A stretch of 64,000 nucleotides of DNA from Candidatus Hadarchaeales archaeon (lineage in GTDB: Archaea > Hadarchaeota > Hadarchaeia > Hadarchaeales > Hadarchaeaceae). The notes below the pieces were generated by a model. That model worked only from the letters and a program-made list of their open reading frames with translations. It was not told where the DNA came from and made no database searches. Positions within the stretch are counted from its first letter, which is position 1. Every line of letters begins with the position of its first letter. The stretch lies in contig JAVZGN010000002.1 in assembly GCA_038872135.1 (NCBI GenBank), forward strand, positions 41,368 through 105,367. The letters are read 5' to 3'. Positions 41,801 through 47,261 of the stretch are shown one piece after another. The translations under genes were made by a program, and so were the position numbers.

Positions 41801-44390
41801 CCCAATGCCTGGCGAAAATGTTGGTAGCTCGACTCCAACCTTCTCTTGGGCGGCCCCATTCGAAAACTCAACCCCGATAAAATACTATCTTTCCATCAGC
41901 GATAATGAAGACTTCCCATACGAGAACGAAAACTCTGGATGGATCTCCTCAACTTCTTGGATAGTACAATCTCCTCTCTCAGACGGCATCTGGTACTGGA
42001 GGGTGAAGGCAAGAGACAACGCCGGCAACGAGGGAGCATTCTCTACACCCAGAAAGTTCAGGGTTGATACGCTTCCACCCGAGAATGTTTCTCTGCTGGA
42101 GCCGGAAAATGGCACGACGGTAGGTGATAACACTCCACTGCTGAAGTGGTCTAGTGCGGTAGACAACTCCCTTCCGGTAAAGTATGTTGTGGTTGTAGCT
42201 CGCGACCCCGCCTTCGCAGATAATGTCATCTCCTCTCCTTGGCTCGACAATGAAAATTGGGAAATCCCACTGGGGCTCTTGGACAACACATACTATTGGA
42301 AGGTGAGGGCGAGAGATAACGCAGGAAACATCTTTGAAACGCCATCTTGGTGGTTCATCGTTGAAAATGCCTCGCCCTTCATGCCACAGCTCGTCAGGCC
42401 TGCAAACGGAGCATGGGAAAACGACAACACCCCGACCTTCAAATGGGAAAACGCATGGGACATTTCACAACCAGTGGAATATTTTGTGTGGCTCTCCACC
42501 GACAACCTCTTTGAAAACATTGTACTCACCAGTGGCTGGGTGGAGAACGAGAACTGGACGGTTCCGGCGGAAAATTCCCTCTCGGATAATGTAAAATATT
42601 ACTGGAGGGTTCAGGCAAAAGACAACACCGGAAAGCTCAGCGAGAATTCTGAGACATGGTGGTTCATCGTCGACGTGGTGGTTCCGCCAAGGATAAACCT
42701 CTGGTCGCCGCCTAACGACGCCGTCTTCGAGAAGCTCACGATCACCTTCACTTGGGAAAGTGTGACCGATAATTCTGGAGTAACCTATCACATAGAAATA
42801 GATAATGAGCCCAGCTTCTCTAGCCCACTTGTGGATAGTAGATATACCACCAACGCCGTCCTGCCAAGTTACACCTTCCAAAAAACAGGGTGGTACTACT
42901 GGAGGGTAAGGACGATAGACGGAGCTGGAAATATCGGTGAATGGTCGGACAACTGGGTGATTTTGATTGGTAGATGGACTTTTCTAGAGCGCTGGAACGA
43001 GATAACAATCATTAGCCAGCCCACGGCGTGGAAATGGATAGAATCATGGGGATTAACTATAAAGGCTCCAAGCGGCTGGACCTTGGTCGAGAGCTGGCAG
43101 GCCACAGCCGTCGGAGCAATCCGATGGAGAGTTGCCGAAAGCTGGTCACTGAGCATTAGGACTAGGCCCTACTACTGGACTAAGGTTGAGGCATGGGAGA
43201 ATGTGGCAACATTGAGAGGATACCCGATTCCAGTTTGGAGATTTGCTGAAAACTGGGGAGGGATATCAATCATTTCTCTCCCACGTGAATTTAGATTTGT
43301 TGAAACTTTCAATGCTCAGATAAGGGCTCCGGCGGAAATAATTGACTTCCTCACCGCCATTGAGCGGCCACCGCCAAAGTGGGAGGAAATAGAGAAGATG
43401 CATGCGACCTTTAGGGCAAAAGAGCCGCTGCCAGGAATCCCTGTGACCGTCGGAAGGGTGATGCCCGGAACTACTTCAACGGCAGATTTTTCCGCCTTCG
43501 ACATCCCAGTGATCAAGATTGAAATAACTCTTAAGCCAGACGCCCCTGCCACAGAGATCGCTCCGATCGTCCTCTCAGCCAAGGCCGTTGACAACATCCC
43601 AGGAATATCTGGTCCTCCGGGCGAAACATACAAATTCTTGGAATTTGGTGTGGATGGGATACCACCGGAATACATTCAGAACTTCAGGGTGCGGTTCAGG
43701 GTTGAAAAGAGGTGGCTTCTCGGGATGGATGAGAAAACTCTCGAGGTGGTGAGGCTGAGCGGCAATTGGGTGCGAGTACCTTTTGAACTAATTAGCTCAA
43801 CTGAAGATTACAACATATATGAAATGGCTGGCGATGTCTATTCGACCTTTGCGATAATAGCGCAGAAAAAGACGCTACCACTTCAAGCCCCGCCGGTCGT
43901 CTTGATTCCAACTGGAGAAGCCCCATCCCCAAGTCCCATTGGATTATTTGTGCTTCTCGGCATAGGCGGGATAGCAGTGGGGCTGATGTTCTATCGTTCT
44001 GTCGCGAAAATAAGAATTGGCGGACTTGAGAAAGAGCTTGAGAAGCTCCAAAAGGCGCCTCCGACAAAAAAGGTGGCGGTGAGAGGTGTAAGGATAACGC
44101 TTCCCAAAGTGGAAAAAATGGAGATTAAGAGGATTGCCAGAGCGATTTGGGGTCCACCGCCAATCCCGAGAGTTCCTCCGCCTGAAAGACGCCTGGCCCC
44201 GCCAGAAATCGCGGCTGTGGAAACTCTCGAGAAGTTCATCGCTGAAAGGAGAAAGAAGGCGCCGAAAATAGCGGTTGAAAAAATTGAAGAGGTGAGAAAA
44301 AAGCTGAGCAAGGAGGAGATTGAGGTTTTCAAGACCCTAGAAAAATTTGTTGGAAAGAGAAGGAAAGCCATGAAAAGAGGAGGTGGATGA
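32805..44390 (+). CDS. giant cell-surface protein (3,861 aa): signal-like N-terminus, unknown ~150-aa domain (x2), ~35-40 fibronectin-III-like modules, five blocks of a 16-aa Trp-periodic repeat, C-terminal TM anchor and basic tail
   Basis: Uninterrupted 11,586-nt ORF. Hydrophobic segment MVILILLSTFSPMLHLPLASAG (alternative ATG at 32964). Fn3-like modules end in ...YYW[RK]V[RK]A.DNAGN.S.WS....F.VDT.[AP]P. Many N-x-S/T sequons. C-terminal TM IGLFVLLGIGGIAVGLMFY followed by a K/R-rich tail. Confidence 0.8.
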   Translation: MVATIGKFRDGDWPPANYSGTVEDRRGAHSPQSRITNAKLNDVPLSEKALSISMVILILLSTFSPMLHLPLASAGSLVDNSTENFALGVHENTENIANRIRLKSGYTSGQFTSQIFDAGVWAHWETMNWVENEPFLLIQENDDVGAEPETLADGSLRRGEILGGSITDVRVLDGVYENIGENTEDNCLNWEHKIENITFGFENYVLKIRGYTGGDYENVGIYIWENQGATWGWRFIDNLTSTEKTIEWTIPRTSIENYLVSGAILIRYFENNTDATQTWVVVDLCILSGENRIFSEVKIQVRVSSDNVVWTGWAGPSGDDTTFFTSSPANLTPILDRRYIQYRVYFTSPSPSLSGGDGPTFGEVVINYSPVSPPSLQSPSNGSWTNDNTPTFDWSDVEDATEYHLLVDNDSNFSSPEINVLVASSQFTSATELPDATYYWKVRAKVGSDLSTAFSAPWTVNIATAPPTPPSLISPDNDVTLFVDQPLFRWTISTGVGAITYWLVIDNDQDFSSPIYNKTGISENSHVIENKLPENFTPYYWKVAAVDNIGNLSWSEWRKFELKVFPSSVVGQISPYWQTAPVSISVTASDNDGTIENVELWYRYSVDNSEWGPWTFYENRSSPPYSFTFNFPNGQGLYEFYSIAWDSRGNRENTPPTPDTACGFDNAAPPAPTLIQPENDAVIETRKPTFRWTSVTDLSGVTYNLIVDNENTLAPPHIYFKTGITENSHTTENSLDIGVYWWKIVARDAVGNENSENVFIFTLRLWNNVERWSGVIKTISGWMTAEVWSVTINAPYGVYGYLLVEEWSAVVNAPPPVFTIVESWTTTVASEISEWKVVESWTASIGSGGGWMLAESWMSTVTALPHIGWSQVETWSFTAVTLARWELVEGWNASITAAAYLGWPQVEMWSVTVDALPYVEWVQAEIWAETLTTSAQWFVCESFAADIVANVVSGWTFVETWTPTLTSVVLSGWTLDESWIATITAEILQPVLLLPLDGENTNNTNPTFDWEDNTLPIDNFEIQIDDDQDFSPPLVRWENTGATSQYSPGFLPDNLYWWRVRMWRGGVPGAWAQRTVRVDTLPPEKPSLLSPLDGENENDSAPNLRWSAPPENSFPLTYFVQISNSKYFEPENIATSAWVMEENWEVPPVLQENVWYWWRVLVKDNAGNTGDYSSARKFKIDTIAPPPPTVIWPENDGWTTTLPNLDWAPVVENSLPVVYFGEISLFPDFSGSPLRTISTLDDNWSVSPELSEGTYFWRLKVRDNAGNLGSWSQGFVFKVDNTPPTAPQPPFTPPNNGSAPTGLVQFQWAAASDSGSGVAKYAIQIDDEPNFNPPLVHENDNVVGTAYSCLLEFPKTYYWKVKAIDNVGNEGEWSETLSFFATTVWRSIESWTGTIATSAAYQQAESWVATIITVAQWTPIEFCVGTIATSASWKSVESWTATITTTATWQFTETWSGIIATAAAWRFAETWAGTIATAAQWQLVESWQVTITTSAQWQVVESWTGTITTSASWQQVESWTATIATAAVWQVVESWICTIKVGGEWKLAESWSVNIAPPADWNYIETWAAKIIAIIPAPIPVSPRNGENKNTLPTLRWDNLLPADNFQLQIDNNPDFSSPENDLTVFENFYTPPALQDNLWYWRVRTFRNNENSAWSTVWKFRIDRLAPGKPVLVSPSDGENINDNTPLFRWQAPPENSFPLVYTIQISTTSTFAPGTYNEFAVTSYEQEVGWMVPQENPLADNIYYWRVKARDNAGNEGAFSTPRKFRVDTVSPVITLISPANGETVSSRPTLSWSLVYAENTLPVVYNALISDTSTFEFSYENVKITENSYTTQPLDESVGTYYWKVCAWDNAGNWSGWSETRWFTVRTAWRQAESWNLMLTTSSQWNLAESWSAAATTSAEWRQVEAWGTVLSTTAKWSQVETWQATMVASASWQQVDGWAVTLITAANWLLAETWQGIATTTAKWFSTESWTGAVATVSIWQTIENWWAMVTAPVYHGWINAESWSGYVSSGGGWVPAEFWSATIEGWAFWKIVESWSDTINASAGWKTTETWQVQIYSPIPAPVLIFPPDGYNFSPSVGELVLKWDNSQPADNFEIQIDNDFDFSSPEVDDFTSTENFVVPSLPDNLYWWRVRTFRTGENSQWSEVWRFRIDNIPPAVPSLLAPSEGENINDNTPLLRWQAPPENSFPLRYRVQVATDKFFTNIVREALWTVTAENWEIPAENSLPDNMYYWRVAAKDNAGNYSMFSSYRSFRVDTLKPAVPSLTSPPHGAWIAFPSLTWSKVTDISLPLLYNLQIAYDNDFSHLVVNVELLDNSWSGPLDEGLYWWKVQAKDGAGNLSGWSENRKFIVDNAPPTKPVLSTPENSTDVNIGTITFGWQASDPGAGISKYWIQIDNEPDFDNTFFVHENQMVTENTYQYIISVSGRYYWRVRAIDGAGNIGEWSDNWNFFVYGWSSIESWMAMISGPSQWRNVESWNATIKTRAYIWEKLENWSASIQAPFLAGWSFVESWQVEFISVTVSWRGVESWRAIITGRVIAPVLLSPSNGLNTSQNPLTFRWENVHLADNYRIQIDNKSPVVAYENDNVGAEPETLVDGSLRRGEILGGSITDVMVLDGVYENIGENTEDNCLNWEHKIENITSGFENYVLKIKGYTEGDNENIFVYIWENDFGTWRWREIGTITSNETTIVWEMKYTNIEKYLMDGSIYVRYLENTPDLVQTVLHIDLCVLMENLENLTPPFLVDATSTDNFYTYTFPENGRYWWRVMAMVQGIVGDWSNIWTVRADTVAPQPPILISPIHHENVNDTTPLLRWQAPPENSLPVKFFVQVATDPTFNTIIRENWVVGEQWEVYPPLQENVYYWMVLAVDNAGNSSPPSPTWEFRVDITSPATPEPKAPRDGENLNDNTPELVWTSVWDDSRPVVYRIQVAYDEAFQFMVPGCDVYVYENTWTTPELPSERVYRWRVKAIDNAGNESGWSPTQRFRFDCSPPLPPSLISPMPGENVGSSTPTFSWAAPFENSTPIKYYLSISDNEDFPYENENSGWISSTSWIVQSPLSDGIWYWRVKARDNAGNEGAFSTPRKFRVDTLPPENVSLLEPENGTTVGDNTPLLKWSSAVDNSLPVKYVVVVARDPAFADNVISSPWLDNENWEIPLGLLDNTYYWKVRARDNAGNIFETPSWWFIVENASPFMPQLVRPANGAWENDNTPTFKWENAWDISQPVEYFVWLSTDNLFENIVLTSGWVENENWTVPAENSLSDNVKYYWRVQAKDNTGKLSENSETWWFIVDVVVPPRINLWSPPNDAVFEKLTITFTWESVTDNSGVTYHIEIDNEPSFSSPLVDSRYTTNAVLPSYTFQKTGWYYWRVRTIDGAGNIGEWSDNWVILIGRWTFLERWNEITIISQPTAWKWIESWGLTIKAPSGWTLVESWQATAVGAIRWRVAESWSLSIRTRPYYWTKVEAWENVATLRGYPIPVWRFAENWGGISIISLPREFRFVETFNAQIRAPAEIIDFLTAIERPPPKWEEIEKMHATFRAKEPLPGIPVTVGRVMPGTTSTADFSAFDIPVIKIEITLKPDAPATEIAPIVLSAKAVDNIPGISGPPGETYKFLEFGVDGIPPEYIQNFRVRFRVEKRWLLGMDEKTLEVVRLSGNWVRVPFELISSTEDYNIYEMAGDVYSTFAIIAQKKTLPLQAPPVVLIPTGEAPSPSPIGLFVLLGIGGIAVGLMFYRSVAKIRIGGLEKELEKLQKAPPTKKVAVRGVRITLPKVEKMEIKRIARAIWGPPPIPRVPPPERRLAPPEIAAVETLEKFIAERRKKAPKIAVEKIEEVRKKLSKEEIEVFKTLEKFVGKRRKAMKRGGG
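33222..33680 (+). repeat. copy 1 of intragenic duplication (unknown ~150-aa domain of the giant protein)
   Basis: About 90% nucleotide identity over the first ~230 nt with 40556..41012, including a 55-nt exact run gagaacaccgaggacaactgtctgaattgggaacacaagatcgagaacattacct. Confidence 0.8.
35095..35770 (+). repeat. W16 block 1: ~14 tandem 16-codon (48-nt) Trp-periodic repeats inside the giant ORF
   Basis: Protein repeats such as VESWTTTVASEISEWK / VESWTASIGSGGGWML / AESWMSTVTALPHIGWSQ... with Trp at i and i+6 in each 16-residue unit. Ends at ...ILQPVLLLP before the next Fn3. Confidence 0.75.
36950..37535 (+). repeat. W16 block 2: ~12 tandem 16-codon Trp-periodic repeats (cleanest block)
   Basis: WQFTETWSGIIATAAA / WRFAETWAGTIATAAQ / WQLVESWQVTITTSAQ / WQVVESWTGTITTSAS / WQQVESWTATIATAAV / WQVVESWICTIKVGGE / WKLAESWSVNIAPPAD... 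The 48-nt periodicity is visible in the DNA (tggcag...gaatc/gtgg...). Confidence 0.85.
38410..39000 (+). repeat. W16 block 3: ~12 tandem Trp-periodic repeats
   Basis: WRQAESWNLMLTTSSQ / WNLAESWSAAATTSAE / WRQVEAWGTVLSTTAK / WSQVETWQATMVASAS / WQQVDGWAVTLITAAN ... Ends at ...YSPIPAPV. Confidence 0.8.
40170..40430 (+). repeat. W16 block 4: ~5 tandem Trp-periodic repeats
   Basis: WSSIESWMAMISGPSQ / WRNVESWNATIKTRAY / IWEKLENWSASIQAPFLAG / WSFVESWQVEFISVTVS / WRGVESWRAIITGRVIAP. Confidence 0.75.
40556..41012 (+). repeat. copy 2 of intragenic duplication (unknown ~150-aa domain)
   Basis: See 33222..33680. Protein NDNVGAEPETLVDGSLRRGEILGGSITDVMVLDGVYENIGENTEDNCLNWEHKIENITSGFENYVLKIKGYTEGD... versus the N-terminal copy. 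Confidence 0.8.
42970..43345 (+). repeat. W16 block 5: ~8 degenerate Trp-periodic repeats
   Basis: WTFLERWNEITIISQPTA / WKWIESWGLTIKAPSG / WTLVESWQATAVGAIR / WRVAESWSLSIRTRPYY / WTKVEAWENVATLRGYPIPV / WRFAENWGGISIISLP... Confidence 0.7.
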
Positions 44391-45033
44391 GGTGGAGCCA
44401 GAATTTCGCCTGACGAGGGCGGGAAAAATTAAATGGAAGCTGAAGAAAAACTGGAAAGTTATCGCGGCAATTATTCTATCTATATCAATAGCGGTGGGAG
44501 TTTATCTCTCAACCCTCCAGCCATCCAAGATTTCCAGAAGAGCTAAGATTACTGCTCCCTATGTTGAATTTGAAAGTAGAAGGGGGTTCTTTGCCGTGCG
44601 TAAATACCAGGAGTCTGGAATCGAAAACATTTACATCGTTAAATTTCCCAATTTTGACCCGACCAGGGATGCGATGTCTCAGCTGGAAAATGTTGATGCA
44701 ATCATTTCGAGTAGCGGGCAAACTGTGGATGTTTCGGACAATGCCCTTTTTGCTATAGTTGTGGCCGTTAGAGCAAAGGCTCCAGACAACATCGCATATG
44801 TGGTCAAAGAGAATATGTGGGTCTGGCTCGGGGCTAGTGGAGCATTCACCATCCCGAACTCTCTGGCTCCAGACTGGAAAGAATATGTTTTTGAGAGTTC
44901 TGGATATGGAACTGCGAATGGTTACATGAGAGTAAATGTGATCTGGGACAACGATGGCGAGGGATATATACTGTACGCAGGGCAACATCTCTTCATAGAC
45001 AACATCGTCTTGAAATTTTTCAGTCCAAGATAG
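44383..45033 (+). CDS. single-pass membrane protein (N-terminal TM anchor, extracellular beta-rich domain); paralogue of 58128..58724
   Basis: 216 aa. TM WKVIAAIILSISIAVGVYLSTL. Shared motifs with the paralogue: ENIYI[VM]K, [SP]GQTVD[VI], YVFE[SN]SGYGTANGY[MV]R[VI]N. Start overlaps the giant ORF stop by 8 nt. Confidence 0.6.
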   Translation: MDEVEPEFRLTRAGKIKWKLKKNWKVIAAIILSISIAVGVYLSTLQPSKISRRAKITAPYVEFESRRGFFAVRKYQESGIENIYIVKFPNFDPTRDAMSQLENVDAIISSSGQTVDVSDNALFAIVVAVRAKAPDNIAYVVKENMWVWLGASGAFTIPNSLAPDWKEYVFESSGYGTANGYMRVNVIWDNDGEGYILYAGQHLFIDNIVLKFFSPR

Positions 45034-45081
45034 AAATTTCATAGCTTATAACCTCGGCCGCAATTAGAAAAGTGAGATAAC

Positions 45082-45879
45082 TTGGCGGACCGAAAGATGA
45101 AACAACCTTCAATACCTGAACTTTTGAGACCGAAGCGAGAAAGGGGAATAGAAATAAAACCGAAACATGGGAGAGTGGTTGGGCTTTTTTCCTGCAAGGG
45201 AGGTGTTGGAAAGACTACCACCACGGCAAATCTCAGTCTCGCCCTTTTGGAAAAACTTGGAACGAATATCTTGGCTTTCGACGCAAACATCGGTGCCCCT
45301 AACCTTGGACTGCATTTTGGCGAGCTAACTCCAAAAATAACAGTTCATGATGTCATCTCCGCGGAGCTTCCGGTGGAAAATGCTATTCTCACAGTTCAGG
45401 GGTTGAAGATGATTTTGGGATCGATAGCCTTTGAAGATGAAGTTCACCTGGTAGATCTCAGGGAGCTGATAAACCCCTTGAGAAAGATGTTCAAACTTGT
45501 CATCGTCGACTCTGCCCCGGGGATAGGAAGCGAGGTGGTCGCCGCCCTGAAGGCCTGTGACGAGATAATAATTGTCACGGACCCATATGTCCCAACGATC
45601 GCAAGCACATTGAAGACATTTCGGGCAGCAGAAAAATATAAGGTTCCAATCTTCGGTGTTGTTGTGAACAGGGTGGCGGGGGACCCGTTTGAGCTTCCGA
45701 TCAAAGAAATAAGAAAGGCATTAGGGTGGCCTGTGGTGGCGGTGGTCCCGGAAGACAAGAAAGTGAGGGAAGCAACTGCTGCCGGCATCCCTGTAGTAAA
45801 ATATGCGCCGAAGTCGCCGGCCGCCAAAGAGTTTGTTATGCTGGCGAACACTGTGTATGAACATCTCAGAAAGGGGTAG
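45082..45879 (+). CDS. MinD/ParA-family P-loop ATPase (archaeal MinD-like)
   Basis: 265 aa. Deviant Walker A LFSCKGGVGKTTT, Walker B/VIVDSAPG, standard MinD-like layout. Confidence 0.85.
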   Translation: MADRKMKQPSIPELLRPKRERGIEIKPKHGRVVGLFSCKGGVGKTTTTANLSLALLEKLGTNILAFDANIGAPNLGLHFGELTPKITVHDVISAELPVENAILTVQGLKMILGSIAFEDEVHLVDLRELINPLRKMFKLVIVDSAPGIGSEVVAALKACDEIIIVTDPYVPTIASTLKTFRAAEKYKVPIFGVVVNRVAGDPFELPIKEIRKALGWPVVAVVPEDKKVREATAAGIPVVKYAPKSPAAKEFVMLANTVYEHLRKG

Positions 45880-45885
45880 CCGGCG

Positions 45886-47196
45886 TCACATGAACTCAAG
45901 GATTTTCTTCTGTGCTATTTCCTCTCTGATGAGCCTGCTGGCTGAAACCCACCTCTCCAGCGGCAATGTCAGCTTTTGAACAGCGTAATTTAAGGCCTCG
46001 CGAAATGTCGGAAAAGTCGAAGGCTGTGTGCGGAGCATTGCCCTGACAGACTCCCTTGTGAACCAAACGCCAAGAGGCAGGAGAAACCCAGGGTGAATTT
46101 CTCTGATGACAAGCGCTCCTGCCTGCCTTTTTTCCTCCCTCAGCTTTTCTGCCACCGCCAACCTGCATGCATAGTAACACCCCCCTATCTCTGGGTAGGT
46201 TGTCCTCCCCTGATATGGTTCCCAGTCGCCCATGACGGCAGGTGAAGTGGCTGATCTCTGGTTCCAAGTGGTGTTTGGAAACCATGCTTCAATCCACTCA
46301 AACCTCCAATTTTCTGGCATCAGGATGGCCGCAAAGAGATTATTCATTCTCTGAAAGGTATATACTCTGAACTCGTTTATCGATGGAAATTGCTTTATTT
46401 CATCTATTAGTCTCTGTGAAATTATAGAATCCACAGCAGTTATGCTCCAGCGGGTGGGCACCAGCCTCCTTCTGTTCCCCTCTCCAAACATTCCAAGGCT
46501 GAACGCTTTTTGGATTTTGGAAACCATGGTACCTAAGTTGTAAAGCTCTAGAACAGCGTCTGCGGCCTTTAAATCCTTATCATAAAATGCTTTCTCTATT
46601 CTTGGGTCTGCTTTGATGTTTGTGGCGGAAAAACTCTTGAGTGGTGCCGATGGGCCAAAGGGCTGAACATCGTCACTGAAAATCAATCGGGGTGAAGGAA
46701 TTTTTTCCAAAACTACCTCGGCGTCAATTGGGTGTTTTCCCATCGCCAGCTCCTGAAGGGCTTCAATATTTTTCCCACTGTTTGCTGCCTCATGGACATC
46801 AGCAGTAACTTTCCCCCTGATCAAGGAATACCTGAAATCGACAATCTCTTGGATTGTCTTGTCTCCCCATGCTTCCGGAGTATCGAGAATTTCTGTATCG
46901 CCGCGAAATGGGGGAACCATTGGCCCAACGCTCACCCTTGGATAGCCTATCCTTCCCACAAAAACTGCTGGTGGACTTGAACCAAAGATGTAAGCTGATG
47001 TTATGAGGGGTTTTACTTTCGCGAGCGATTGGGCCCTTATGAGAACTGGACATCTCCGCCTGCCGCAGAGCATCCTGCTTCCCCTGCAGATGATGCAGAG
47101 GTTTTGTTGAGTAGCCCTTCCCGGGTACCTGCTTTGAATTGAAAGTTCTCTCAAAAAATTGTCGGGAACTATTCCTCTAAGCCACTCTGTTGCCAT
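45886..47196 (-). CDS. Nre-family protein (DUF650/DUF651; archaeal PCNA-associated putative DNA-repair protein), putative
   Basis: Trimmed to ATG 47196 (MATEWLRGIV...). The ORF-track start at 47538 would run through the promoter of dph2. N-terminal zinc-ribbon LCIICRGSRMLCGRRRCPVL and FGSSPPAVFVGRIGYPRVSVGP, as remembered for Nre N-domains. 436 aa. Confidence 0.5.
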   Translation of the reverse strand: MATEWLRGIVPDNFLRELSIQSRYPGRATQQNLCIICRGSRMLCGRRRCPVLIRAQSLAKVKPLITSAYIFGSSPPAVFVGRIGYPRVSVGPMVPPFRGDTEILDTPEAWGDKTIQEIVDFRYSLIRGKVTADVHEAANSGKNIEALQELAMGKHPIDAEVVLEKIPSPRLIFSDDVQPFGPSAPLKSFSATNIKADPRIEKAFYDKDLKAADAVLELYNLGTMVSKIQKAFSLGMFGEGNRRRLVPTRWSITAVDSIISQRLIDEIKQFPSINEFRVYTFQRMNNLFAAILMPENWRFEWIEAWFPNTTWNQRSATSPAVMGDWEPYQGRTTYPEIGGCYYACRLAVAEKLREEKRQAGALVIREIHPGFLLPLGVWFTRESVRAMLRTQPSTFPTFREALNYAVQKLTLPLERWVSASRLIREEIAQKKILEFM

Positions 47197-47261
47197 CGGA
47201 TAACCATTCCTTTTAGAGAAATAAAGTTGGAGGTTCCCAAATGGTTTAATGTTTACAAACG

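Noticed and set aside
35095-43345. Possible CRISPR array or non-coding tandem repeat, suggested by the strong 48-nt periodicity
   Set aside because: The periodic units lie in-frame within one long ORF. They conserve Trp/Glu codons rather than nucleotide sequence, and have no interspersed unique spacers of constant length. They are coding protein repeats, not CRISPR.
43900-44000. Archaeosortase PGF/PEF-CTERM sorting signal at the giant-protein C-terminus
   Set aside because: The TM helix is followed by ~130 further residues with a structured basic repeat. True PGF-CTERM signals sit at the extreme C-terminus with only a few basic residues after the helix.
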